A stretch of DNA of 64,000 nt, from contig MHKF01000012.1 in NCBI GenBank assembly GCA_001818315.1, forward strand, positions 128,080 to 192,079. Direction: 5' to 3'. Below the pieces are notes generated by a model. The model saw nothing but the letters and a program-made list of their open reading frames with translations. It did no database searches and was not told the origin of the DNA. Source of the DNA: Candidatus Kerfeldbacteria bacterium RIFCSPLOWO2_02_FULL_42_19 (GTDB lineage: Bacteria > Patescibacteriota > Patescibacteriia > HO2-48-17). This document shows, piece by piece, positions 34,432 to 43,700 of the stretch (positions are counted from its first letter, which is position 1; every line of letters begins with the position of its first letter). The position numbers were made by a program, and so were the translations under genes.

Positions 34432-35670
34432 ATGGCGCAGATATATAAAAAAATAATTCTTCCTCTGATTTTTGCGGTAGCTTTTTTTTTATTTCCAGCA
34501 GATGCTGCTTTTGCGCAAGAAGCGAATCGCACTTGGTGCGCAGCTCGTGTGCTTTTTCAGGATAAGGTTTTGCAGCGCGTGTATGATGCTTTTATACAAG
34601 ATTCCTGGCCTTCGTGGTACGCTCATTCTGGTAGAGAACTCGGTGCTTTTGTTTCAACATGCGATCAGCCTCATCGATTGGTTATTGGACTTTCAGAAGT
34701 TTCCGATCCTTTACCAAACTTTTATTATTCGGCTTTTTTGTACATGCATATATCTCCAACGGGGCATGTGCCGCGCAAGGAAGCTTCTGAGATTGTCATT
34801 CTTGGCAAGCAAACTCCAGATGTTCTTTTACAAGTTGCCAGTATGCCGCGCGTGGCAGAATATCTTACCAAAATGTATCCAACACGTGGGATTGTCGTAG
34901 CGAACGCTCCCAAACTCTCCGGCGAGCCGATTCCGGAAGGTTTTTCCGGCTTAACTTTTGATTTGTTTCAGTCCTATATTCCATCCGCACAAGATGAAGT
35001 CAAAACGTATCTCGCGTATGATTGGCAGAACGGAACATTGTGGTATCGTTTGCCGCTCGATAAAAAGTGGGAGGAATTTCCTGAAGTTGATAATGTGACT
35101 GTACAATATACGCAGGCAGCGGCTGCGATTTCTGAAGGCTGTACGGTGCGTTTTACAGAAAATGATTTTATATTCGGCAAGCTTTCGATACAATCGCAAG
35201 CGCAGTTTATTCTCACTTCCACGCTTCCTGATTGTCCGCCAGAATTTGAAGTCACTATGAATCTCGAAGAATTGGCAGCGCTTGCTCATAAGGAGACGAC
35301 GACTCAACCGGTTGATAAACGCCCACTCACAGCGACATTCGAAGGAACACCAATCGAATCCCCTTTGCATCCTTTTTTTAGAGATTTTATTGTGAGTGTT
35401 CCTGTATCGCATACGATATTAACTGCTGATCTCCTGACTGTGCCGCAAGGACTTCTCACTGTAGGTCGTTTACACTCGATTCTTTTTCAGCACTTTCTCA
35501 ATATCCTTGCTTTGATGTTGTTTGCGGTTGGTATTTTGTTATTCGCTCTTGTTTTGTACGCCCGACTGATTTATCCTTCTTCTCTTTTGGCTCCCACGGT
35601 GTCATCCAAAAAATCTTTACAGAAAACTGACGCGTCTGTCGATCATCATTCCGCGTCTTCTTCATCTTAA
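34432..35670 (+). CDS. hypothetical exported protein with a C-terminal TM anchor
   Basis: Signal peptide ILPLIFAVAFFLFPADAAFA; C-terminal hydrophobic segment plus a Ser-rich tail. Confidence 0.45.
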   Translation: MAQIYKKIILPLIFAVAFFLFPADAAFAQEANRTWCAARVLFQDKVLQRVYDAFIQDSWPSWYAHSGRELGAFVSTCDQPHRLVIGLSEVSDPLPNFYYSAFLYMHISPTGHVPRKEASEIVILGKQTPDVLLQVASMPRVAEYLTKMYPTRGIVVANAPKLSGEPIPEGFSGLTFDLFQSYIPSAQDEVKTYLAYDWQNGTLWYRLPLDKKWEEFPEVDNVTVQYTQAAAAISEGCTVRFTENDFIFGKLSIQSQAQFILTSTLPDCPPEFEVTMNLEELAALAHKETTTQPVDKRPLTATFEGTPIESPLHPFFRDFIVSVPVSHTILTADLLTVPQGLLTVGRLHSILFQHFLNILALMLFAVGILLFALVLYARLIYPSSLLAPTVSSKKSLQKTDASVDHHSASSSS

Positions 35671-35679
35671 ATATTTTCT

Positions 35680-36810
35680 ATGCTCGGAGCTTTTCCCTCA
35701 CAAATGATTGAAAAACTTTTTACTGCCGGTCATATTCATGGAGCTGCTTTGCAGAATATACAACCTTCTTCGCTTGATCTTACACTTAGCGAGGAACTTT
35801 ATCGCGTGGAAGGCGTTTTTTTGCCACAGCGCGGAGAGCACGTACGTGATTTGATTGACATGTTTCACGCGCAGTCTGTAACTTTTGCTGAACCGCTTCA
35901 ATGTCACGGAGTGTATCTGTGTCGTCTGAATGAGCGTTTAGTGCTACCCGAGAGCGTCTATGCGTATGCGAATAACAAGTCGTCTACCGGTAGGATTAAT
36001 TTGCAGGTGCGTCTGCTTTGCGATGGCGTTCCGAAGTTTGATCAGATTCCCAAAAGCTACTGTGGCGAGTTGTGGATTCTTGTTGCGCCGCATTCATTTA
36101 GTATTGCTTTGCAACCAGGACAGTCGCTCAATCAGATGCGTTTTTTCAACGCGGATACGCGGCTTTCGGAAGAAGAACATCGCGCGCTCTATAGTTTTCA
36201 ACCGCTTTTGTATCAATTTGATGGAAAGTCATTCCCTGCAGCCGAAGTACTGTTTGATAAAGGTGGCGGTATCACGATGACGATTGATTTTGATCAGGAT
36301 ATTATTGGGTATGTTGCATTTCCGAATTCCGCAAAAGTTTTGGACTATGCGCGAAGGGATTATAAACCCGAAGATTTTTTTGAGCCTATTTGTCGACTGA
36401 AAAAGAATCAGTTAGTATTGAATAGAGAGGGATTTTACATTTTTTCCACGAAGGAATACATCGCTGTGCCGCCGGAATTTTCGGTCGAGATGATTGCGTA
36501 TGATCCAACCAAAGGCGAGTTCCGTACGCACTATGCTGGATTTTTTGATCCCGGCTGGGGTTTTGGAGCGCGCGGCGAACTGAAAGGTACGCCGGCGGTA
36601 CTCGAAGTGTACCCGCACGATCATAACTTTATCTTCCGTGATGGACAGCCGATTTGCAAAATGGTCTACGAGCGACTTGCGACGTTTCCAGATCGTATCT
36701 ACGGCGTAGGCGACCTCGGTTCACATTATCAGCATCAGCGCGGCCCGTGCCTTTCCAAACATTTTGTGCAGCACGCAAAAGTAGCTGCGAGTGTTTTGAG
36801 TCAAATATAA
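35680..36810 (+). CDS. dCTP deaminase-like protein, long tandem-domain form (dUTPase superfamily)
   Basis: N-terminal IQPSSLDLTLSEELYRV (cf. Dcd VQPASVDLRLG), SSTGRINLQV (GRSS.ARLG-like), ALQPGQSLNQMRFF; the second half carries THYAGFFDPGW (a DPGW motif). Confidence 0.5.
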   Translation: MLGAFPSQMIEKLFTAGHIHGAALQNIQPSSLDLTLSEELYRVEGVFLPQRGEHVRDLIDMFHAQSVTFAEPLQCHGVYLCRLNERLVLPESVYAYANNKSSTGRINLQVRLLCDGVPKFDQIPKSYCGELWILVAPHSFSIALQPGQSLNQMRFFNADTRLSEEEHRALYSFQPLLYQFDGKSFPAAEVLFDKGGGITMTIDFDQDIIGYVAFPNSAKVLDYARRDYKPEDFFEPICRLKKNQLVLNREGFYIFSTKEYIAVPPEFSVEMIAYDPTKGEFRTHYAGFFDPGWGFGARGELKGTPAVLEVYPHDHNFIFRDGQPICKMVYERLATFPDRIYGVGDLGSHYQHQRGPCLSKHFVQHAKVAASVLSQI

Positions 36811-36975
36811 TTTTGTTGCAGTGAGAGGGTATATTGCTGGGCGACTCTTTTTGCGAGCGGGTACGGTTCGAGCGAAATGCAATGGAGCGAGAGAGCGAAC
36901 AAAAAGTGTCAGTGAGTCCACACGCTGGGTGGACGAACGGCACAGCAATATACCCTCTCACTGCAACAAAATTTT
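36809..36975. repeat. ~165-bp element: a perfect 31-bp inverted repeat flanking a ~100-nt core, between the dcd-like and thyA-like genes
   Basis: aattttgttgcagtgagagggtatattgctg … cagcaatataccctctcactgcaacaaaatttt; the core contains gagagagcgaacaaaaagtgtcagtga, which resembles the Family-A core block agagaggaaagtgtg. Confidence 0.5.
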
Positions 36976-36987
36976 TTACCAAACTTC

Positions 36988-38517
36988 ATGACCCACACTA
37001 TGCCTGCAAAAGATTTTCCAAAAGAATGGCCGATCTATTTTAAAGACAATATTATCGTTGGAAATCTTCAGAATTCTGTTGGAATTGCCTGTCTTTGGAC
37101 GCCGAAAGTCATGTTCGCACGAAAGTTAAACGCCGCAAGTTACTGCGTTTTGAGTCAGTTGTATTCGAACGACGGCATTAATCCAATTTTGCGCAATGTT
37201 TTAGCTCGGCCGCAAATTCATACGATTGTTATTTGCGGGCAGGATAAAATTGGTTCAGCCGATGCGCTGACAAAGCTTTGCGTTAGCGGTATTGATGAGA
37301 AATACAAGATAATCGGTAAACTCGAGGCAAAGGTGGATAAGGAGATTCCGCGCGAGGCCGTGGAACTTTTTCGTAGGAACGTAAAGATTGTGGATATGCG
37401 TGGCGTGCTCGATGCGGCGAAAATTCAACAAGCCGTGCGCGAACACGCAGCGCCGAACACACCGTGGGCAGCGCCGCAACTTTTTCCTGAACCAGAACTT
37501 TCAACCGAACGTTTTCCGATCGATCCTCACGGAGTCAAGATTCGTGAGAAGTATGTCGCGCAAGCGTGGCTTCGGGTGCTGTATTATATTATGCGCTTCG
37601 GCGCGGAAAAACCTACGCATCACGGCACGAATCAAAAAGAACTCCTGAATATGATGACGATTATCACTGACGAAGATCCCGAAAATATCCATTGGGCAGA
37701 TTGGTTCAATTTTACACGCGAGCACTTTGAAGGGTATAAGCTACAAGTCATGAGTGCGGAATCGATTCCTAGTCTGGAGTATACGTACGGCATGCGATTG
37801 CGGAATCACGATGGCGTGAATCAGATTGAGACGCTTATTGCAAAAATTCGAGAGGAATATTTTTCCCGACGCGCTGTTGCTTTTACGTGGAATGTCGCTC
37901 AGGATAACGTGAGTCAGCATCCGCCGTGCCTTGATCTCGTACAGGTGATTGTGCAGGACGATACGCTTCACATGACGTGTTACTTTCGTTCGAATGACAT
38001 GTTCCGCGCATGGCCGGAAAATGCGTTGGCCTTGCGCACGATGCACAAGGAGATTGCCGACGGAGTGGAATTGCCGATGGGCGAAATGTGTATTATTTCT
38101 CACAGCGCTCATGTGTACGAAGAAAACTATAATGAAGTGAAGGAGCTTTTGAAAAATTATTATGCGAAAGAGGTTGTTTTTTGCCGTTTTGATCCGCGTG
38201 GCAATTTTACGATTCACGTGAATCGCGAAAAGCGTCAGTTAGAAATGATCATGATGACGCCGAAAGGTGAGAAGATTGTCAAATACGAAGCACCCGATGC
38301 GTTCCGTATGATGCAAAAATTGGTCGCTGATGAAGCAGTTAGCGAGATTGGGCACGCGTTAGATTTGGGTGAGGAGCTCATGGAAGCAGAAATTTGTTTG
38401 CGTACAGGCCTTGAATATCGGCAGGATATCACAGGACGTACGCAATTTTTAAAGGAACTTGATCAGCTTTTGGCAGCACGCAGGCAAGAGGAACGAATCT
38501 TCGCGCGTTCAAGATGA
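36988..38517 (+). CDS. thymidylate synthase (ThyA-fold) homolog with a ~170-aa N-terminal extension
   Basis: RRAVAFTWNVAQD…HPPCLDLVQVIVQD…CYFRSNDMFRAWPENALALRTMHKEIA…ISHSAHVYEENYNE parallels the ThyA blocks R..WNP.D…PPCH…QF.V…YQRS.D…PFNIASYALL…GD.HIY.NH, including the catalytic Cys. Confidence 0.55.
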   Translation: MTHTMPAKDFPKEWPIYFKDNIIVGNLQNSVGIACLWTPKVMFARKLNAASYCVLSQLYSNDGINPILRNVLARPQIHTIVICGQDKIGSADALTKLCVSGIDEKYKIIGKLEAKVDKEIPREAVELFRRNVKIVDMRGVLDAAKIQQAVREHAAPNTPWAAPQLFPEPELSTERFPIDPHGVKIREKYVAQAWLRVLYYIMRFGAEKPTHHGTNQKELLNMMTIITDEDPENIHWADWFNFTREHFEGYKLQVMSAESIPSLEYTYGMRLRNHDGVNQIETLIAKIREEYFSRRAVAFTWNVAQDNVSQHPPCLDLVQVIVQDDTLHMTCYFRSNDMFRAWPENALALRTMHKEIADGVELPMGEMCIISHSAHVYEENYNEVKELLKNYYAKEVVFCRFDPRGNFTIHVNREKRQLEMIMMTPKGEKIVKYEAPDAFRMMQKLVADEAVSEIGHALDLGEELMEAEICLRTGLEYRQDITGRTQFLKELDQLLAARRQEERIFARSR

Positions 38518-38625
38518 TGTTTCCTACCTTTCTATGAACCTCACGTTGTTTTGACAATTTTTATTATCCGTGATACCCCTTTCTTACTACGTTCTACGTT
38601 CCAATAGGAAAAAAAGGAGAGAAAA

Positions 38626-39453
38626 ATGGAGCAGCAGAAGTTAAGTAGATACTTTGTTGTTTGTTTCGGTGAATGGATCAGTAAGATTTTTTCGCCTCAT
38701 CGAATCGATAACCTTTCTGTGGATTTTGTTGCGGTCGTTGAGGGAGAACAAATGATTCACTGTACATTCACACCCGCGTCGCTGTTCGATCCACCTCAAA
38801 CTTTAAAATTTCTAGCGCAGACGCTGGACGGGATCGTAAAACAATCTCAGGCTGTTGCTGGAAGAGTCCAGGCATACATCAAAACGCGACTTATCCAAGC
38901 CGAAGTCAAGGGACAGCCGATCATTGATGTTCATCATACGAAAACATTCCGCACTGCTGCGGGTTTTGTGGCGGGCTTGGAAGTGTCTATTACCTTTACT
39001 CCGCTCGTGCCACTTCGTCCCTTGAAGGAGAGTACGCACAACATCATCCATACATTTTCGGATTTTTTTTCGGAGTATCATTTGATTCGAGAGGGTTGTC
39101 GCGTGGAGGAGGGACTGTTCGTTGGATTGGCGGCTCAGATGATTGCAGAGACTCTCGCGCGGATGCTTTTTGAAGCTGCGATGGCGAATCCGCCGGTTTT
39201 ACCGGACAAGCGTGCTGAGCGATACGATTCCCTTCAAGCCCAAATCAAGGCGCATGAAGCAAAGCTCCAGGAATTACGGCAGCAGATGAAAGCGCTTGGT
39301 TCGCCCGAAGGGTGTGCCGGTGAAGATGATGGACAGTACTGCAGTCAGAGTTTCTGGTTGGAGGCTGATGGGAAAATACCGGACGGCTGGACAGTGGACT
39401 TCTGTGGAGATGGATGCTGTACGAAATTTTACTGCCCGGAGCATGCGCGATGA
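38626..39453 (+). CDS. hypothetical protein with a Cys-rich C-terminus; GC-rich
   Basis: 275-aa ORF, higher GC than the flanks, C-terminal CAGEDDGQYC…DFCGDGCCTKFYCPEH. Confidence 0.4.
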   Translation: MEQQKLSRYFVVCFGEWISKIFSPHRIDNLSVDFVAVVEGEQMIHCTFTPASLFDPPQTLKFLAQTLDGIVKQSQAVAGRVQAYIKTRLIQAEVKGQPIIDVHHTKTFRTAAGFVAGLEVSITFTPLVPLRPLKESTHNIIHTFSDFFSEYHLIREGCRVEEGLFVGLAAQMIAETLARMLFEAAMANPPVLPDKRAERYDSLQAQIKAHEAKLQELRQQMKALGSPEGCAGEDDGQYCSQSFWLEADGKIPDGWTVDFCGDGCCTKFYCPEHAR

Positions 39454-39481
39454 TCGGGAATTCGTGAAAGGAGGTGATTGC

Positions 39482-39916
39482 ATGGGGCAAAATTTACGAC
39501 CAACTGCTTTACAATTGGAAGAGTTGGAGAAGTTGGGTCTTCCAGTTTCAGGGAATCCGTGGATTACGTTCGACGCCTGCCGTGAACTCCTTTTGTTCAT
39601 TATTCATGGAAATTATACTGTGGGCAAGATCAGAGATGAACGAGCGACTATCGCGGTATCTTATTGGAAGCAGTGGGTTGGTAAGAGAGTCGAATCGCAA
39701 GCGAGCTTCGCTCCTGGCCATGGAGAGGTTCTCTATCTGAAGCCTCATAAGGTTGAGGATGTAGGGGCGTTACGCAGAGATTCACACGGACGCTTCGATC
39801 ATCTCTTTCCGTTTCAGGCGAGTGTTCGTTTCGATGATGGACGAAAGAAAATACTTGCATTGTCGCATCTTCGCCTACTCAAGAAAACAGAAAGCGATGT
39901 TTCGGAGGTCTCATGA
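39482..39916 (+). CDS. hypothetical protein
   Basis: 144-aa ORF preceded by an aggaggtg SD-like sequence 6 nt upstream; I preferred it over the overlapping 39296 start. Confidence 0.35.
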   Translation: MGQNLRPTALQLEELEKLGLPVSGNPWITFDACRELLLFIIHGNYTVGKIRDERATIAVSYWKQWVGKRVESQASFAPGHGEVLYLKPHKVEDVGALRRDSHGRFDHLFPFQASVRFDDGRKKILALSHLRLLKKTESDVSEVS

Positions 39917-39938
39917 GGTCGTTTTAGAAGTTTGCTCC

Positions 39939-40163
39939 TTAGAGTTTTTTGGAGAAAAGGGCACGTTGTTTCTGCACTGGTATTTTCAATGTGCCCTTTT
40001 GTGTTTTGTCACAAAAAATTTCTCCGTGTTCAAAATTAATCGTTATTTGATCGCCAGAAGCGAGGCATTGCGTCGCATTATTCGTTCCGACAATACAAGG
40101 AATATGGAATTCACGCGCGATGATCGCAGGATGACTCGTCACTCCACCTCGGTCCATGAGCAT
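39939..40163 (-). pseudogene. orphan PEP-utilising-enzyme mobile (phosphohistidine) domain fragment, probably a gene remnant
   Basis: MLMDRGGVTSHPAIIAREFHIPCIVGTNNATQCLASGDQITINFEHGEIF matches the PEP-utilising mobile-domain consensus GGRTSHAAI.ARE.GIP.VVG…G; only ~74 aa and it abuts trxB antisense. Confidence 0.4.
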
Positions 40164-40214
40164 GATCAGATAATATTTGCTTTTAGTCTGGTTTTTTCTT
40201 ATGATGAAACACAT

Positions 40215-41162
40215 ATGTCCGAGATTCACAAACTTATCATTATCGGCTCCGGTCCTGCTGGAATTACTGCGGCGTTGTATGCGGCACGAGCAGACCTCGC
40301 GCCGATTGTTTTGCTTGGCAAAGAACCTGGTGGACAACTTATGACGACAACTGATGTGGAAAATTATCCTGGTTTTCCCGAGGGCATACAAGGCCCGGAG
40401 CTTATGCAGAAGTTTATGGATCAAGCAAAGCGTTTTGGCGCGAAACTTGTCAGTGAATCCGTTGTACGCGTCGATTTTTCTAGTCCGCCGCACAAGGTTT
40501 ATGTGAGCGCGAGCGTTGGTGAAAAAGAATATAGAGGTGAAGCGGTGATCGTTGCGACCGGTGCTTCTGCTATGTGGCTTGGTTTGGAATCTGAAGCACG
40601 ATTACGCGGACGCGGCGTTTCGAGTTGCGCTACATGCGATGGAGCTTTTTTTCGCAATAAGTCCGTAGTTGTCGTCGGCGGTGGAGATACCGCTCTGGAA
40701 GAAGCGCTTTTTTTGACGAAGTTTTCAACGAAAGTCACAGTTGTGCACCGACGCGATGCATTGCGCGCAAGCAAAATTATGCAGGATCGTGCTTTCGGAA
40801 ATTCAAAGATAGCTTTCATTTGGAATGTTGAAGTCATCGAGGTATTAGGTTCACAGAAAGTAGAAAGTGTGAAATTGCGTGATACAAAAACAGGCGCAGA
40901 GTCGATTTTCCCCTGTGAAGGACTTTTTATTGCCATCGGTCATAAACCGAATACAGACGTTTTTAAGAACGTGCTCCAACTCGATAAAAAGGGTTACATT
41001 GTTCCCGAAGATGAAACCGCGAGCGGCATCGAAGGTATTTTTATTGCCGGTGACGTAGGTGATATTCGATATCGACAGGCAGTAACAGCCGCGGGTTCCG
41101 GATGTAAAGCTGCGATGGATGCCGAACGTTGGCTCGAAGAACGCACATCTCACAGCGTGTAG
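40215..41162 (+). CDS. trxB: thioredoxin-disulfide reductase
   Basis: IIGSGPAGITAALYAAR FAD motif, CATCDG redox centre, GGGDTALEEA NADPH motif, FIAGDV; start placed at Met 40215 rather than the long upstream ORF. Confidence 0.8.
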   Translation: MSEIHKLIIIGSGPAGITAALYAARADLAPIVLLGKEPGGQLMTTTDVENYPGFPEGIQGPELMQKFMDQAKRFGAKLVSESVVRVDFSSPPHKVYVSASVGEKEYRGEAVIVATGASAMWLGLESEARLRGRGVSSCATCDGAFFRNKSVVVVGGGDTALEEALFLTKFSTKVTVVHRRDALRASKIMQDRAFGNSKIAFIWNVEVIEVLGSQKVESVKLRDTKTGAESIFPCEGLFIAIGHKPNTDVFKNVLQLDKKGYIVPEDETASGIEGIFIAGDVGDIRYRQAVTAAGSGCKAAMDAERWLEERTSHSV

Positions 41163-41228
41163 TGTTTTTTATGCAGCAATTCATTTCGTGATATGATAAC
41201 CATGTGATAGTTTTCTATTAAATTTTCT

Positions 41229-41810
41229 ATGGATAAGCGCTCTCAGAAGATTTCCAAAAATTTTACGTCGAAGGATTACGTTGGCATTATCATCGCTCTT
41301 TTGATTGTAGTTCTCGCACTGCTCGGTCGTTGGTATTTTCAAAAAGAAGGTCGTGTGACGCAAGACAAAACAACTTCCGGTGCTGCTTCTGAGAATAGTT
41401 CGAATTCAGTAAACGATGCTGATACGCCGGCGTCTCGTTTGTTCTTTTTACGGCCTACGCAAGTCTCTTTCGATGAGCAGTTGGATATACGTGTGATTTT
41501 AAGTGAACTCGTCTTTATACCTTGTCCGACATCGGAGCTCGGGTGTCGTTTTCAGGAATTTCGAGCAGGTATTATTGTGTCTGTTGTATCGGAACCACAA
41601 AATACAACTCGGCTTTTATTTAACAACTTCCCTTCCGAACAATTCGCTTTTGGAAAACGTTTCCGCCTACTTGACGCTGCTCAGGATTTTGTTCGTTTGC
41701 TCGTCGTGGAATCTACCAGTACGGAATCTGCAACAATCGATACCGGTACATCTCAAAATTTTGTGATCACCGTTGATGACGCCGAAGTCGTCGATTCTCC
41801 GCAGAAGTAG
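41229..41810 (+). CDS. hypothetical membrane-anchored protein
   Basis: Single N-terminal TM (VGIIIALLIVVLALLG), then an acidic extracytoplasmic region. Confidence 0.4.
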   Translation: MDKRSQKISKNFTSKDYVGIIIALLIVVLALLGRWYFQKEGRVTQDKTTSGAASENSSNSVNDADTPASRLFFLRPTQVSFDEQLDIRVILSELVFIPCPTSELGCRFQEFRAGIIVSVVSEPQNTTRLLFNNFPSEQFAFGKRFRLLDAAQDFVRLLVVESTSTESATIDTGTSQNFVITVDDAEVVDSPQK

Positions 41811-42066
41811 TGATATACTGCGACGCCGACTGGAAATTAACACCACATTTCATGGACCAGTATAATCGGGGCGCAAAAAGGATGTTGTGCGACCTATCTG
41901 AATTCCACAACTTTTCCGTATGCTCTCCTTGGATTCAGTGCGGTTTCATAGTGTGATATCCATAGTTATAAGTCACGGTGGATAGGCGTTTCGAAAAAAT
42001 AGACATGCACTCCTTGACGTAGACGTACAAAAAAATCTACATACTTGTTGATGACGATGAGACACA

Positions 42067-43692
42067 TTATGGTGAAACCAGATAAAATGTTTCGTTGACA
42101 CCATGAAATTGATCAGTCAATGTGATATCCGGTCGATAGTGCGGTTCGCTGACATAACTTGTTTCAAATGGGCTCCCCGTTAAAATGACTTTTGGATTCT
42201 GCTGCAGGAAGCTGTGAATGTCAATCACTGTATTCCACTTGGAGAATTGTTTAGTGAAGATTTCATATACAAAATAATTTGGATACAGTTGGGTTAACTC
42301 CCAATTATATGATTGTGACACACTATTATTGCCAAAATTTAAAGCAAATTCAAGTGATGATGATCGAAAATAATGAAAAACGGTATAATCAGCATAGCGT
42401 TCTTGTAATTCTTGTTGAAGAGAGAGTACTTCTTGCTTGGTATTCTTTTCTACCGTATTTAATTTTTTCACTTCTGAAAAGGTAAGTGCCATCGATTGAC
42501 CAGCGAACACAAAAAAAAGAATAGTCAGACATATTGTTGCAACCGTTTTTGGTTCATGAAAATGACGCAATTGGAGAAGAGCACAACAAATCATCATAGC
42601 TGTAAGTGGTACGAACGGCAAATAATAATATTGGATCATATGCTTGGCAATAAAACCAAAGGCGAGAATTTGGGTGATCGCTGCAGCTGCACCCACACGA
42701 AATGTCATTGTTTGGAGATACTGTCGCCGTTGTGGCAAAACAATGATGCTCACGATACTGACGAGTAAAAAAAGAATGATGACTTCGAAAATATGGGGAA
42801 AACCATCAAGTAATATTTTGAGATTACTCCAATAGACCGACCAATCTAGAATTTGTGCAGTTCCGGCACCATGAATACCACTGTGTTGAAAAATCTTTAT
42901 TACCCAATCGAATAACTCTGCATAGCGCTGTCGAATAGGTAAGGTAAAAAAAAAGAAAAAACTAACGGCGCTTATCAAATAGAGTAATTTTAAACGGATT
43001 GTACGGATGATAATGAGAGGAAGGACAATCGTTGGCAAAAAATTCATTTTGGTGGCAATACCTAAACCAATAATCATTGCAGCTATGAGCGCATACACTA
43101 TGCCATGGCGCCAAGTTTGTTGCTTTGATTTGAGCATCATCACTAGCCACAGCATGAGCAATAATACTACTGTTAACAACATAGCTTCGGGTGCTACTTT
43201 CACTAAGCTATTCATTGGTATATAGCTAGAAAAAAATGGCGCGGTTTGTAGCAGCCATCCCAACCAAACGTTTTTTAATTTGTAATAAGCCGTAAAGCCG
43301 ATCGTACTTAATAGTAATGCATTGATGATGAGGAATACATAGCTCACTGTTTGTAAATATAATTCCGGATTTGTAAGCACGTCGGTTTCAAGTGTTGGCC
43401 AATCATAAACAAAATTGTTGCGTAGAAAGTGAACACACCGCATCACAATGGCAATAAAAATTTGTACCGGCGTACCAGGATGATCAATATGGCCAATGGG
43501 TAAATCTTCAATCACATTGAGTGCATTCATGAGATACGCATAATCTGGATCATAATTTGAACCTGACCAATATGGACCGCGCGAATTTTTAAGATACATC
43601 CCCAAGACAACAAAGAGTCCGGGAATGACGATAAAGCCTATCCAACGAGCTACAATTTTCCATTTGAAATGACGTGTGCCAATGATATTCAT
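42067..43692 (-). CDS. polytopic membrane protein, GT-C-like (ArnT/PMT-type) putative glycosyltransferase, paralog 1
   Basis: ~12 TM segments; conserved N-terminal loop YWSGSNYDPDYAYLMNALNVIEDLPIGHIDHPGTPVQ; tandem with its paralog. Confidence 0.45.
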   Translation of the reverse strand: MNIIGTRHFKWKIVARWIGFIVIPGLFVVLGMYLKNSRGPYWSGSNYDPDYAYLMNALNVIEDLPIGHIDHPGTPVQIFIAIVMRCVHFLRNNFVYDWPTLETDVLTNPELYLQTVSYVFLIINALLLSTIGFTAYYKLKNVWLGWLLQTAPFFSSYIPMNSLVKVAPEAMLLTVVLLLMLWLVMMLKSKQQTWRHGIVYALIAAMIIGLGIATKMNFLPTIVLPLIIIRTIRLKLLYLISAVSFFFFFTLPIRQRYAELFDWVIKIFQHSGIHGAGTAQILDWSVYWSNLKILLDGFPHIFEVIILFLLVSIVSIIVLPQRRQYLQTMTFRVGAAAAITQILAFGFIAKHMIQYYYLPFVPLTAMMICCALLQLRHFHEPKTVATICLTILFFVFAGQSMALTFSEVKKLNTVEKNTKQEVLSLQQELQERYADYTVFHYFRSSSLEFALNFGNNSVSQSYNWELTQLYPNYFVYEIFTKQFSKWNTVIDIHSFLQQNPKVILTGSPFETSYVSEPHYRPDITLTDQFHGVNETFYLVSP

Positions 43693-43700
43693 AGTCTGTG

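Noticed and set aside
36721-37043. Mirror ORFs 36721-36948 (-) and 36834-37043 (+) that both encode …AIYPLTATK…
   Set aside because: They arise from translating the two arms of a 31-bp perfect palindrome. This is a repeat, not a gene.
36988-37500. DHFR–TS bifunctional reading for the N-terminal extension of the thyA-like gene
   Set aside because: No DHFR motifs (GGG.VY, conserved NADPH or folate residues) are present in the first 170 aa.
39296-39916. 206-aa ORF starting at 39296 that overlaps the end of the 38626 gene
   Set aside because: The internal start at 39482 is preceded by a good aggaggtg SD and avoids a 150-nt out-of-frame overlap. The upstream part is probably noise.
39822-40214. 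Long N-terminal extension of the trxB ORF (start 39822)
   Set aside because: The extension is the antisense of the PEP-utiliser fragment and has no TrxR similarity. Conserved TrxR sequence begins at Met 40215 (MSEIHKLIIIGSGPAG).
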